Below, in pieces: positions 1 to 8,701 of a stretch of 32,129 bases of DNA. Positions within the stretch are counted from its first letter, which is position 1, and every line of letters begins with the position of its first letter. The notes under the pieces are model-generated. The model saw only the letters and a program-made list of their open reading frames with translations, had not been told where the DNA came from and ran no database searches. This stretch comes from Aquificaceae bacterium (GTDB lineage: Bacteria; Aquificota; Aquificia; Aquificales; Aquificaceae): positions 1 through 32,129 of the forward strand of contig WFYK01000182.1 in NCBI GenBank assembly GCA_015490105.1, read 5' to 3'. The position numbers and the translations under genes are program-made.

Positions 1-494
1 TAGCTATGGTTTTTCAAGAGCCCTCCGCATATTTGGATCCTCTCTTCAGCGTGGGTCTTCAGGTTATGGAAACCTATGAGGCACATATGGGCAAAGAAGG
101 AGCCTACGAGAGATCTATAGAAGCGTTAAGGAAGGCGGGTATACCCGACGCACAGGACCGTTTTTATATGTTCCCGCACCAGCTTTCCGGAGGATTAAAG
201 CAGCGGGTTTGCATAGCATCCGCTATAGTTTGTTCACCAAAAGTTCTTTTGGCGGACGAACCTACCACCGCTTTGGACGTTTCGGTTCAAAAGAGGATCC
301 TTCACCTCTTCAGGAAGCTAAAAGAGGATGGAAGATCCATAATTTTGGTTACCCACGACTTTGGCGTAGTCGCGGAGATAGCGGACAGAGTATTGGTTCT
401 AAGAGAGGGAAGGGTGGTTGAAGAAGGTAACGTTTTCGAGATATTTGATTCCCCCAAACATCCTTATACCCGTGAGCTTCTCTCCGCCTTGTAG
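1..494 (+). CDS. Oligopeptide/dipeptide ABC transporter ATP-binding protein (OppD/DppD-like), 5' partial
   Basis: Q-loop (MVFQEP), FPHQLSGGLKQR signature, Walker B LLADEPTTALD, H-loop VTHD and C-terminal PKHPYT. The frame is open to the window edge, so Walker A lies upstream. Confidence 0.9.
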   Translation, partial: AMVFQEPSAYLDPLFSVGLQVMETYEAHMGKEGAYERSIEALRKAGIPDAQDRFYMFPHQLSGGLKQRVCIASAIVCSPKVLLADEPTTALDVSVQKRILHLFRKLKEDGRSIILVTHDFGVVAEIADRVLVLREGRVVEEGNVFEIFDSPKHPYTRELLSAL

Positions 495-511
495 TAATAT
501 TTAGGGCTACT

Positions 512-1423
512 ATGAGGTGGGTAAATCTTAGGCGTTTTAAGATAAAGGTTTTCGGGAAACCCGCGAAGATTCTGATGAAAGGTATGACCGCTCCCGAAGA
601 GCATACTCACTTTCTTCACAGCCTTCTCACGAACAATATAAAGGCTTTGGAGGTAGGCAGGTTTAACTATAACCTCTGGCTCAGACAAAACGGACAGCCC
701 GTAGGTGACTTCTTCGTATACAGATTTAAGGATCACTTCTTGCTGGATACAGAAAAACCCGCACAAGAGGTGATTCAAGAATTTGAAAAGCTCAAGCTCT
801 CCCTGAAAGTATACTTCGAAGACCTTAGCTCAGATCACATCTTTCTCTTCGGTGAGGGAGCGAAGGATTTTGTAAAAGACCTTGTAGGGGAAGTCCCGCA
901 GGAGATGAGTTTCGTTCAAAAGGATGGTCTGATAGTGTCTAACAATCCCTTGAGGATCAGAGAAGAAGGGTTCGATCTGTTCGGCGATCTGACTTCTCTG
1001 AAGGGCAAACTTACCGAAAAAGATCAAGTTTCCCAAGAGGAGTTTGAACACCTGCGGATAGAAAGGATAGTCCCGAGGATAGGAAAAGATCTCAGAGCGG
1101 GTTTTTCTCCTTTGGAGGCTTGCGTTCTCAAATACGCTATAGATATGAACAAGGGCTGTTACGTGGGCCAAGAGGCAATAGCGAGAGTCTACTTCAGAGG
1201 TAGAACTCCGAGGGTTTTGGCTCTCTTTGAGATAGAAGGCAAAGCGGTGGAGGGTGAGGATATATTGGCACAAGGGAAGAAAGTGGGAACGATAACTTCT
1301 GTGAGTCCCTTAGGGAAACTTGCCCTCGGATACATACTCAGAGCCAACGCAAAAAAGGGAGAAGAGTTTGGTCTCTCCGAAGGAAAGGCTGTCTTGGAAA
1401 AGACCTGTGAAGAGGTTTCCTGA
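512..1423 (+). CDS. ygfZ: YgfZ/GcvT-family folate-binding Fe-S maturation/repair protein
   Basis: Diagnostic KGCYVGQE motif, plus the FLHSLLTNNI N-terminal GcvT-like motif. Confidence 0.88.
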   Translation: MRWVNLRRFKIKVFGKPAKILMKGMTAPEEHTHFLHSLLTNNIKALEVGRFNYNLWLRQNGQPVGDFFVYRFKDHFLLDTEKPAQEVIQEFEKLKLSLKVYFEDLSSDHIFLFGEGAKDFVKDLVGEVPQEMSFVQKDGLIVSNNPLRIREEGFDLFGDLTSLKGKLTEKDQVSQEEFEHLRIERIVPRIGKDLRAGFSPLEACVLKYAIDMNKGCYVGQEAIARVYFRGRTPRVLALFEIEGKAVEGEDILAQGKKVGTITSVSPLGKLALGYILRANAKKGEEFGLSEGKAVLEKTCEEVS

Positions 1424-1482
1424 CACAACTCATCACTAAAAAAACATTACTGCGATATCTTTTTTTCACAGGAGGAAGGAAA

Positions 1483-2547
1483 ATGGCGGTAAAAGACATA
1501 ATGGACGCACTCAAAAACGAAAGCCTCCAAGATATAGGACTCGATAAGAACCTTGCACAGCTCGTGAAGGATATAAAGCTCGTAGGTGAGGAGCTCAACG
1601 TTCTTTTGGAGCTTCCCAAAGCGGGTTTGGAAGATGTTTTAAGAACTAAGTTAGAGCAAGCCCTCTCAGAAGTTAAAGAGGTAAAGAGAATAAACGTTAG
1701 GTTCTCAAAGACCCCGGATCAGAGCGCACCCTCTCAGCAGAAGCCTCAGATACCCTTACAACAACCTATGTTTACCAAGAGGAAAGTCCCCGGCGTAAGA
1801 CACATAGTGGTCGTAGGAAGCGGAAAAGGAGGAGTGGGGAAGTCTACCGTCTCCGCTAACTTGGCTCTCGCCTTAAAGAAGATCGGCTACAAGGTAGGTC
1901 TCTTGGATGCGGACATATACGGGCCCAGTATACCTACCATGCTCGGCCTAAAAGGTCAGAGGGTTACCGTAAACGAGCGTAACAAGATAGTCCCTGCGGA
2001 AAAGTTCGATATGAAGGTTCTCTCTATAGGCTTTATGCTTCCTTCGGAAGACACACCCGTTATCTGGCGCGGACCCATGCTCATGAAGGCACTTACCCAA
2101 TTCCTCTTTGACGTTGAGTGGGGTGATCTTGATTTCCTCGTTATGGATCTTCCTCCCGGAACCGGAGATGTTCAGCTTACACTAGCTCAGAACGTGGAGA
2201 TATCAGGGGCTATAGTGGTTACAACACCTCAGGACGTTGCTCTCGCGGACGTTAGAAAGGCCACTTCTATGTTCAAGGAAGTTCAAATACCCGTTTTAGG
2301 TGTTGTTGAAAACATGGCCTACTTCGTGTGTCCCGAAACGGGCAAGCGCTACTACATATTCGGAAAGGGCAGAACAGCGGAATTTGCTGCCGCATACAAC
2401 CTTAAGATCCTCGGCTCTATACCTATAGATCCTGAGGTAGCGGAAAGATCCGATCAAGGAGAGCCCGTGGTAGTAAGCAGGCCTGATTCGGAGGTTAGCA
2501 GGGCTTTTATAGGTATTGCAAAGCTGGTTGCTCAACAATTAGGATGA
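1483..2547 (+). CDS. mrp: Mrp/NBP35 (ApbC) Fe-S cluster carrier ATPase
   Basis: Deviant Walker A GKGGVGKS, DADIYGPS, WRGPM, DLPPGTGD, VTTPQ and ENMAYFVCP. SD AGGAGG upstream. Confidence 0.95.
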   Translation: MAVKDIMDALKNESLQDIGLDKNLAQLVKDIKLVGEELNVLLELPKAGLEDVLRTKLEQALSEVKEVKRINVRFSKTPDQSAPSQQKPQIPLQQPMFTKRKVPGVRHIVVVGSGKGGVGKSTVSANLALALKKIGYKVGLLDADIYGPSIPTMLGLKGQRVTVNERNKIVPAEKFDMKVLSIGFMLPSEDTPVIWRGPMLMKALTQFLFDVEWGDLDFLVMDLPPGTGDVQLTLAQNVEISGAIVVTTPQDVALADVRKATSMFKEVQIPVLGVVENMAYFVCPETGKRYYIFGKGRTAEFAAAYNLKILGSIPIDPEVAERSDQGEPVVVSRPDSEVSRAFIGIAKLVAQQLG

Positions 2548-2560
2548 GGAGGTAAGAGGA

Positions 2561-3781
2561 ATGTTTGCAAAAAAAGCGGGTCAAAGGGTTGTTTATTTGG
2601 ACCACATAGCAACTACCCCCGTAGCGGAGGAAGTTTTAGAAGCAATGCTCCCTTACTTTAGGGAGCGCTTTGGAAACCCCACATCCCTTCACAGCTTCGG
2701 CCAAGAAACGAAGAAGGCCATCAACGAAGCTCGTGAGAAGATAGCAGCTCTCATTAACGCTAACACACCTGAGGAGATAATCTTTACTTCCGGCGGAATA
2801 GAGGCCAACAACCTCGCTATAAAGGGTATAGCAAGTGCTTACAAGAAGAGAGGAAGACACATAGTCACCACCGAGATAGAGCACCACTCTATACTCCACC
2901 CCTGCAAAACCTTGGAAAGGGAAGGTTGGGAGGTGACCTACCTGAAACCTGACAAATACGGGCTTATAGATCCCGAACAGGTAAGGGAAGCTGTAAGGAA
3001 GGATACCGTTCTCGTTTCCATAGGACACTCCAACAGGGAGATAGGGACAATTCAAAACATAAAGGAGCTCGTCCAAGCTGCTAAGGAGAAAAACCCCAAG
3101 GTTATCTTCCACACGGATGCCGCACCTACCCTGGGACACTACCCTGTGGATCTGAAAGAGTGGGGGGTTGATGCAGCTTCTTTCACAGCCCACCTGATGT
3201 ATGGACCTAAAGGCGTCGGTGCCCTTTGGACGAGAAAAGGGGTTAAGGTAAAGCCTCTTATAGAGGGCGGAACACAAGAAAGGGGAGTAAGAGCTGGAAC
3301 GGAGAACGTTCCCGGGATAGTGGGTTTCGGTGCAGCGGCGGAGCTCACGATGAAAGAGCTTCAAGACAGGATGGAGAGGCTATCCCGCTACAGGGATCGC
3401 CTAAGACAGGCAATAGAGGAGAAACTCGAATACATAGAGTTTACGGGGCATCCGACCCAGAGACTGCCTCACCATCTTTCCCTGATAGTTCACTTTATCG
3501 AAGGAGAAGCTATGCTTTTAAGATGTGACCTTATGGGAATAGAAACGGCTTCAGGTTCAGCCTGTGTATCCTTGGCTCTCAAGCAGTCTCACGTTCTCTT
3601 CGCTATAGGTGTTCCTAAGGAGGTATCCAACGGATCTATCGTCTTTAGTTTCGGAAGGGATAATACGGACGAAGACGTAGACTACGTTGCGGAAGAGTTC
3701 CCTAAGATCGTTAACTGGCTCAGAAGCCTCTCACCTTTCAACCCCGAAAACTGGGAAAAATACGTCAAGTCAAGAGAGTAA
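2561..3781 (+). CDS. iscS: IscS/NifS-family cysteine desulfurase homolog (PLP-lysine replaced by Leu; possibly catalytically inactive)
   Basis: YLDHIATTP, FGNPTSLH, IIFTSGG, RAGTENV and SGSAC motifs. SFTAHLMYGPKG replaces the canonical SxHKxxGPKG. SD GAGGAGG. Confidence 0.9.
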   Translation: MFAKKAGQRVVYLDHIATTPVAEEVLEAMLPYFRERFGNPTSLHSFGQETKKAINEAREKIAALINANTPEEIIFTSGGIEANNLAIKGIASAYKKRGRHIVTTEIEHHSILHPCKTLEREGWEVTYLKPDKYGLIDPEQVREAVRKDTVLVSIGHSNREIGTIQNIKELVQAAKEKNPKVIFHTDAAPTLGHYPVDLKEWGVDAASFTAHLMYGPKGVGALWTRKGVKVKPLIEGGTQERGVRAGTENVPGIVGFGAAAELTMKELQDRMERLSRYRDRLRQAIEEKLEYIEFTGHPTQRLPHHLSLIVHFIEGEAMLLRCDLMGIETASGSACVSLALKQSHVLFAIGVPKEVSNGSIVFSFGRDNTDEDVDYVAEEFPKIVNWLRSLSPFNPENWEKYVKSRE

Positions 3782-4441
3782 ACGCCTTAGCATATCCAAG
3801 GCCTTTTGGGAGGAGAGGAAACGGTTTTCGTTCCTCTCCCCTTTCCATATAACTTCTTCTATTTGCTCTTTGTCCTTGACGTAAACGCCGATATAAGTCA
3901 AACCTTCAGGTTTATCTTTCGTTCCTCCCGGTCCTGCTATACCCGTAACCGCTATCCCGCAGTCCGTCCTTAGGACGTTTTTAAGACCGTTTAGCATTTC
4001 CTTGCAGGTTTGGTAGGAAACCGCACCGAAGTTTTTCAAAGTCTCTTCTTTCACACCCAAGATCTCTTTCTTTAGATCGTTGCTGTAGACGATGAAACCA
4101 CCCACGAAGTAGGCCGAGCTCCCGGGGACGTTTACTATCCTCGAAGCTATCAATCCTCCGGTGCAACTCTCCGCAACACCGAGTGTGAGGCCCTTGTATT
4201 TGAGAGCCCTACCCACTACTACCTCCATGGGTTCGCCTTCCGCGGAGTAAACGTAGTCTCCAAGCTTCTCAAGTATGTAGCTTCTGTCTTCCTCTTTTTC
4301 CGGGTATATATCTACGCCTTCTGGTCCTTCTTCTAAAAAGAAACCAACACCTTTAAGTCTCTCCCTTATCTCTTTGATGGAAAGCCCGAAGGTCCTTATC
4401 CACCCCTCTTTGTAGCCTTCCCAAAGGATTATCCTCTTCAA
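3770..4441 (-). CDS. cinA: CinA/PncC-family NMN amidohydrolase (short form lacking the N-terminal molybdopterin-binding domain)
   Basis: AESCTGG, GSSAYF, YSNDLK, GAVS and TGIAGPGG motifs of the CinA C-terminal domain. Confidence 0.88.
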   Translation of the reverse strand: MKRIILWEGYKEGWIRTFGLSIKEIRERLKGVGFFLEEGPEGVDIYPEKEEDRSYILEKLGDYVYSAEGEPMEVVVGRALKYKGLTLGVAESCTGGLIASRIVNVPGSSAYFVGGFIVYSNDLKKEILGVKEETLKNFGAVSYQTCKEMLNGLKNVLRTDCGIAVTGIAGPGGTKDKPEGLTYIGVYVKDKEQIEEVIWKGERNENRFLSSQKALDMLRRLLS

Positions 4442-4929
4442 GCCTCTTCCTTTCTCCCTAACAAGATAGCTCCTATCATAGCAACGAGCAGGATAACGGA
4501 GGCTACCTCAAAGGGAAAAAGGTAAGAGGTAAAAAGGGTTTTTCCAAGATCCCTTACGTTGTCCACTGTTTCCGCTTTGGGCTCGGCAAAGGAACCTTTC
4601 AGGATCATGTATCCCATCAGAACGAACGCTATCAAAACTACCGGAAGGCCTGCCAGGAGCTCCTTTTTGTAAATACCTTCAAAGCGCTTTACCTTCTCCC
4701 AAGGTATGGTTGTGATCACGAGAACGTAAAAAACCACGATAGCTACCGCGTATATGATCAGCTGAAGGCCTGCTAAAAGTTCAGCTCCTAAGCTGAGGAA
4801 AAGGCCCGCTATTGCCAGAACGGAAGATAGAAAGAAAAGTATAGAATGGACGGGATTTTTAACGAAAATAGCACCCAGCACGGAGACAATAAGCCACAGG
4901 GAGAGGATACCGAATATCAGCCACTCCAC
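4438..4929 (-). CDS. nuoJ: NADH-quinone oxidoreductase subunit J
   Basis: Hydrophobic protein with NPVHS, AELLAGLQLIIYAVAI and YLFPFEVASVILLVAMIGAI motifs. The likely start is GTG at 4929, overlapping the nuoI end, rather than 4974. Confidence 0.9.
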   Translation of the reverse strand: MEWLIFGILSLWLIVSVLGAIFVKNPVHSILFFLSSVLAIAGLFLSLGAELLAGLQLIIYAVAIVVFYVLVITTIPWEKVKRFEGIYKKELLAGLPVVLIAFVLMGYMILKGSFAEPKAETVDNVRDLGKTLFTSYLFPFEVASVILLVAMIGAILLGRKEEA

Positions 4930-5522
4930 TGGATCTTCCCCCAGAGTTTTTCCCTCTCCTCGTCCCTCGGCCATATTCTGTCGGGTTCGTCTCCCCTCCT
5001 GTTTTTAAAGTCTATGGCGTTAGCTTCAAGATCATTCATTCTCAGAACCTCATCCCTCCTTGAGTATCCCGCAAGTTCGTAGAGATCTGTCATAGTAAGG
5101 CATCCCACAGGGCAAGCGTCCACACAAAGACCGCAGAATAGACAGTTAAGAAGGTTCATATCGAAACGAACAACCTTTTTGGATCCGTCGGGCATCTGAA
5201 CCGCTTCTATCCTAAACAGCGTTGGCATAGGGCAGGCGGTCTGACACATGTAGCAGGCTACACACCTGCTCTTTCCCTTTTCGTAGCTCATAAACTTCTC
5301 TATGGCCTTCAGCGAGTCAGGTTCGGTTCCGTCCCAGACGAAGTGCCCGTGAGCACCCCTGAAACGCTTGGGAGGGGTTAGTTTCTCTTTTGGGTATTCG
5401 GTCGTTATGGGTGTTCTGAAGAGGTTTTTCAAGGTTACGGACAAGCCCTTCAGGAAATCTATAAAAAATACAGCTTCAAAAATGCTTAAAAAGTCCTTCC
5501 TGCGTAACCTTCTTATCTTCAT
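4917..5522 (-). CDS. nuoI: NADH-quinone oxidoreductase subunit I
   Basis: TTEYPKEK..PKRFRG, and two 4Fe-4S motifs CVACYMCQTACP and CLFCGLCVDACP. SD GGAGG. Confidence 0.93.
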   Translation of the reverse strand: MKIRRLRRKDFLSIFEAVFFIDFLKGLSVTLKNLFRTPITTEYPKEKLTPPKRFRGAHGHFVWDGTEPDSLKAIEKFMSYEKGKSRCVACYMCQTACPMPTLFRIEAVQMPDGSKKVVRFDMNLLNCLFCGLCVDACPVGCLTMTDLYELAGYSRRDEVLRMNDLEANAIDFKNRRGDEPDRIWPRDEEREKLWGKIQWSG

Positions 5523-5544
5523 TCCTCGCCTCCTGAAAAGGCTA

Positions 5545-6141
5545 CTAATATCTTAACACCCTGATCAGGTTTTCAAGTGCCTTTCCCCTATGGGAGATGG
5601 CATTTTTCTCTTCGGGAGAGAGCTGGGCCATAGTCCTGTCGTAGCCTTCGGGGATGAAGACAGGATCGTAACCGAAACCGCCTTCTCCGGCGGGCTCCTC
5701 CGCTATGGTGCCCTTGCACTCTCCAAAGGCAAAAAGCCCCCCTTGTCCTTTATAAACAACAACGCACGCTACGAACCTGGCACTTCTGTCCTTTACACCT
5801 TCCAAGAGTCTTAAGAGTTTCCTAAGATTTGCCTTGTCCTCGGAAGGTGTAGGATCTTCGTAGCCTCCTATCTCTTTCAGAGAATAGAACCTGCTCGAAT
5901 ATACACCCGGATAGCCGTTCAAGGCTTTAACTTCAAGTCCCGAATCGTCCGCAAGGGTGGGAAGGCCAAACTCCTCGTAGTAAGCTTTGGCTTTTAGGTA
6001 TGCGTTCTCAAGGAAGGTTCTACCTGTTTCTTCAACCTTCAATTTTCTATCAGGAACCTCTATTTGGAAACCGTATTTTTCGAGGATCTCTTTGATCTCT
6101 TTGATCTTCCCCGGATTAGACGTGGCGAGGAGTATTCTCAT
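5545..6141 (-). CDS. rdgB: RdgB/HAM1 non-canonical purine NTP pyrophosphatase
   Basis: ATSNPGK, ETGRTFLENA, ADDSGL, PGVYSSR, GFGYDPVF and KNAISHRGKA. Confidence 0.96.
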   Translation of the reverse strand: MRILLATSNPGKIKEIKEILEKYGFQIEVPDRKLKVEETGRTFLENAYLKAKAYYEEFGLPTLADDSGLEVKALNGYPGVYSSRFYSLKEIGGYEDPTPSEDKANLRKLLRLLEGVKDRSARFVACVVVYKGQGGLFAFGECKGTIAEEPAGEGGFGYDPVFIPEGYDRTMAQLSPEEKNAISHRGKALENLIRVLRY

Positions 6142-6365
6142 CCTTCCATTTCGTTCACCGTCGCACCGTCTATGAGTCCTTCCTCAACAGCTAAGTATAT
6201 CTCTTCAAGATCTTCATCGGAAGGCCTCTTACCCTTCAAAACCTGCCTTATGAACTCTTCTACCACGCGCTCGACTACCTCTTGATCTATCTCGTCAACG
6301 TGTATCTCATCCCTTTCGGACACAAACCTTCCGAACTGAACCGCAAGTTCGCTGATGTTTTCCAT
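6138..6365 (-). CDS. Small acidic hypothetical protein (75 aa)
   Basis: SD AGGAGG about 9 nt before the ATG at 6365. Its stop overlaps the rdgB start (ATGA), and it fills the gap in the operon. Confidence 0.75.
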   Translation of the reverse strand: MENISELAVQFGRFVSERDEIHVDEIDQEVVERVVEEFIRQVLKGKRPSDEDLEEIYLAVEEGLIDGATVNEMEG

Positions 6366-6409
6366 CCGCAAAACCTCCTGAAGGATTTTCCGTCAAAGAA
6401 GTTAACCTG

Positions 6410-7483
6410 CTACCCCTGATCGCCTATGACGGAGACCCTCCTTTCGTAAACCTTAAAGAGGGTCAAAAGTATGGAGAAGATTATCGGTCCTAAGAATAGT
6501 CCTATGAAACCGAACTTGAGCAAACCTCCTATGGTGGCAAAAAAGAGGATAACGTAGGGAACCTCTACACCTTGCTTTATAATCAGAGGCCTGATGAAGT
6601 TATCCACCGTGGATATGAGCGTCATACCCCAAATACCCAAAAAGAGGGCCTTCCAAAGGTCGTCCGTGAAGAAGGTGTAAACCGCCAACGGAAACCAAAC
6701 CGCGGATGCTCCAAAAGGCGGGATAAACGCTGCGAAGAAAGTTGCCAAACTCCACAAAAGCGCGTAGCTGATTCCCACTATCGAATAGGCTATGTAGGCC
6801 AAAACGGCCTGAACGAAGGCGGTTCCTACCGATCCGTAAACTACCGCAAGGATCGTCCTGTAGATACTGCTGAAGAGGTCCTCCACTACGTCTTCCTCTA
6901 AGGGTATTGCTCTTTTAAGCCTATCAACTAAGGAAGGGCCGTCTCTGAGGACGAAAAATAAGGTCAGCACGAAAACGAATATGTAAAAGATGTTCCTTCC
7001 CGCACTGAAGGCCATCTGTCCCAAGCGGTCCCCTAAAAAGCCCATGATGTTGTTGAGGGAATTTGCTAAAAATCCTCTGAGTTCTTTACTTTGAAGGAAA
7101 TCCAAAACCGGATCGAGGGTTTTTACATGATCCCTTATCAGGGGTAGATCCCTAAGAGTATTGATGAGGTCTCTGTAGCTGTGTTCTTGGAAGTATCTGA
7201 CCAAAAAGCGGGATATGTCAAGCGCTTGATCTATCACCAGAACGCTTACCACAAGTGCGGGGATAACCATAAAGAGGACCACAAGGGTTGTAGTGATGAG
7301 GGAAGCCAACCAGCGTCTTTTACAGATCCTACAAAGAAGCCCTTGGAGGGGCATTATTACCGTTCCTATAACTATCGCCCACAGGATAGGTATAAGGAAA
7401 GGCATTATGAGATTGAGGGAGATGAGTCCGAAGAAGGCAAAGGTAAGCAAGAAAAAGGCAAAGTGAACCCTTTTCCTATCCAT
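6410..7483 (-). CDS. AI-2E family transporter (PerM/YdiK-like)
   Basis: Multi-TM protein with PFLIPILWA, FFVLRDG, IPPFGA, DNFIRP and GFIGLFLGP motifs. Confidence 0.92.
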   Translation of the reverse strand: MDRKRVHFAFFLLTFAFFGLISLNLIMPFLIPILWAIVIGTVIMPLQGLLCRICKRRWLASLITTTLVVLFMVIPALVVSVLVIDQALDISRFLVRYFQEHSYRDLINTLRDLPLIRDHVKTLDPVLDFLQSKELRGFLANSLNNIMGFLGDRLGQMAFSAGRNIFYIFVFVLTLFFVLRDGPSLVDRLKRAIPLEEDVVEDLFSSIYRTILAVVYGSVGTAFVQAVLAYIAYSIVGISYALLWSLATFFAAFIPPFGASAVWFPLAVYTFFTDDLWKALFLGIWGMTLISTVDNFIRPLIIKQGVEVPYVILFFATIGGLLKFGFIGLFLGPIIFSILLTLFKVYERRVSVIGDQG

Positions 7484-7486
7484 GTT

Positions 7487-8017
7487 CTACAGGGACTCTA
7501 TGGTAAAGTTGGAGTTGGTGTATATGCAGATTTCGGAAGCAATTTTGAGAGCTTCTTTGACTATAGCTTCCGCATCCATATCTGTGTTCCTGTATAGGGC
7601 CAAAGCTGCGGATCTCGCGTAATCCCCTCCGGAGCCTATACCCAAAACGGGTTCGTCCGGCTCTATAACGTCTCCGCTACCCGAGATCAGCAGGATCCTT
7701 TCCCTGTCCGCGGTAAGAAGGAGGGCTTCTAAGCGTCTCAGGTATTTATCTGTGCGCCATTCCTTAGCGAGCTCCACCGCGGACTTTACGAGATTTCCTC
7801 TAAACTCTCTGAGTTTGTTTTCAAGACGTTCCATAAGGGCAAGGCCGTCTGCAGCGGAACCGGCAAACCCTACAAGGACGTTGCCCTCATAAAGCTTCCT
7901 GATCTTCTTGGCACTTCCCTTTATGACCGAACTTCCCAAGGTTACTTGCCCGTCCCCTCCCATTACAGTTTTACCATCCCGTCTGACAACGAGAACGGTT
8001 GTTGATCTCACCTCCAT
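7487..8017 (-). CDS. hslV: ATP-dependent protease peptidase subunit HslV
   Basis: N-terminal (S)TTVLVVRR, GDGQVTLG, GFAGSAAD, WRTDKYLRRLEA, IGSGG and ICIYTN. Confidence 0.97.
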   Translation of the reverse strand: MEVRSTTVLVVRRDGKTVMGGDGQVTLGSSVIKGSAKKIRKLYEGNVLVGFAGSAADGLALMERLENKLREFRGNLVKSAVELAKEWRTDKYLRRLEALLLTADRERILLISGSGDVIEPDEPVLGIGSGGDYARSAALALYRNTDMDAEAIVKEALKIASEICIYTNSNFTIESL

Positions 8018-8024
8018 AGGAAAC

Positions 8025-8034
8025 TAACATATCA
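8025..8034. promoter_or_regulatory. Putative bidirectional overlapping -10 elements for cmk (+) and hslV (-)
   Basis: TAACAT at 8025-8030 (+) and TGnTATGTT at 8034-8026 (-). Each lies exactly 8 nt before its ATG, and neither gene has an SD. Confidence 0.5.
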
Positions 8035-8038
8035 CGTT

Positions 8039-8701
8039 ATGAAAATAACCGTGGACGGTCCTGCAGCCAGCGGAAAGAGTGCGGTTGCTAAAGCTGTCTC
8101 CCGAAAACTAAGCATCCCCTACCTTGAGACGGGCCTCGCCTACAGGGCGACCGGGTTTTTACTCAAAGGGAATCTCAAAGTTAAAGAGAAGATATCGTGG
8201 GAAAGGATAAGGCCACTTTTGAAACTTTTGGAGATAAAGCCCCTCATAGGGGAGACTAAAATTTTGATTGAGGGGAAGGAAGTGGGGGAAATTTTAAGGA
8301 GTGAGGAGGTGGGAAGGTGGGCCTCTTTGGTGGGAACAGTGCCTGAGTTCAGGGAGTATATAAACGATGTTTTCAGAGATGTTTCTGGAGAGTGTATAGT
8401 TGCGGAGGGAAGAGACGCAGGAACCAACATCTTTCCTGACGCTCAGGTGAAGATCTTCATAACCGCCTCCCCTGAGGTTAGAGCAAAAAGGCGCCTCATC
8501 CAACTCAAAGATATGGGCATTCAAGCGGACTATGAAGAAATCTTGGCAAAGATCTCAGAAAGAGACAAAAGAGACTCAACGAGGGACAAGTATCCTTTCA
8601 AACCTGCTCCGGATGCAGTGGTAATAGATACATCCGACCTTACCTTGGAAGAGACACTTCAAAAGGTCTTCTCGGTTATTCGTGAAAAGTTAGGCCTATG
8701 A
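8039..8701 (+). CDS. cmk: Cytidylate kinase
   Basis: ITVDGPAASGKS P-loop, ETGLAYR, EGRDAGT, KIFITASPEVRAKRR and RDKRDSTR. Confidence 0.95.
   Translation: MKITVDGPAASGKSAVAKAVSRKLSIPYLETGLAYRATGFLLKGNLKVKEKISWERIRPLLKLLEIKPLIGETKILIEGKEVGEILRSEEVGRWASLVGTVPEFREYINDVFRDVSGECIVAEGRDAGTNIFPDAQVKIFITASPEVRAKRRLIQLKDMGIQADYEEILAKISERDKRDSTRDKYPFKPAPDAVVIDTSDLTLEETLQKVFSVIREKLGL

Noticed and set aside
1424-1482. A-tract and T-tract between ygfZ and mrp as a terminator or riboswitch
   Set aside because: Only A:T pairing with no GC stem, and too short for a riboswitch. More likely promoter DNA.
2636-3364. 242-aa minus-strand ORF, and similar 60-210 aa ORFs opposite ygfZ, carB, tsf, pyrH and others
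   Set aside because: Fully nested antisense to well-supported genes, with no recognisable domains.
4930-4974. Extended N-termini from the ORF track for nuoJ (4974), also pntB (22847) and pyrH (26078)
   Set aside because: The extensions overlap upstream genes and are non-homologous. Downstream starts fit family lengths and translational coupling.
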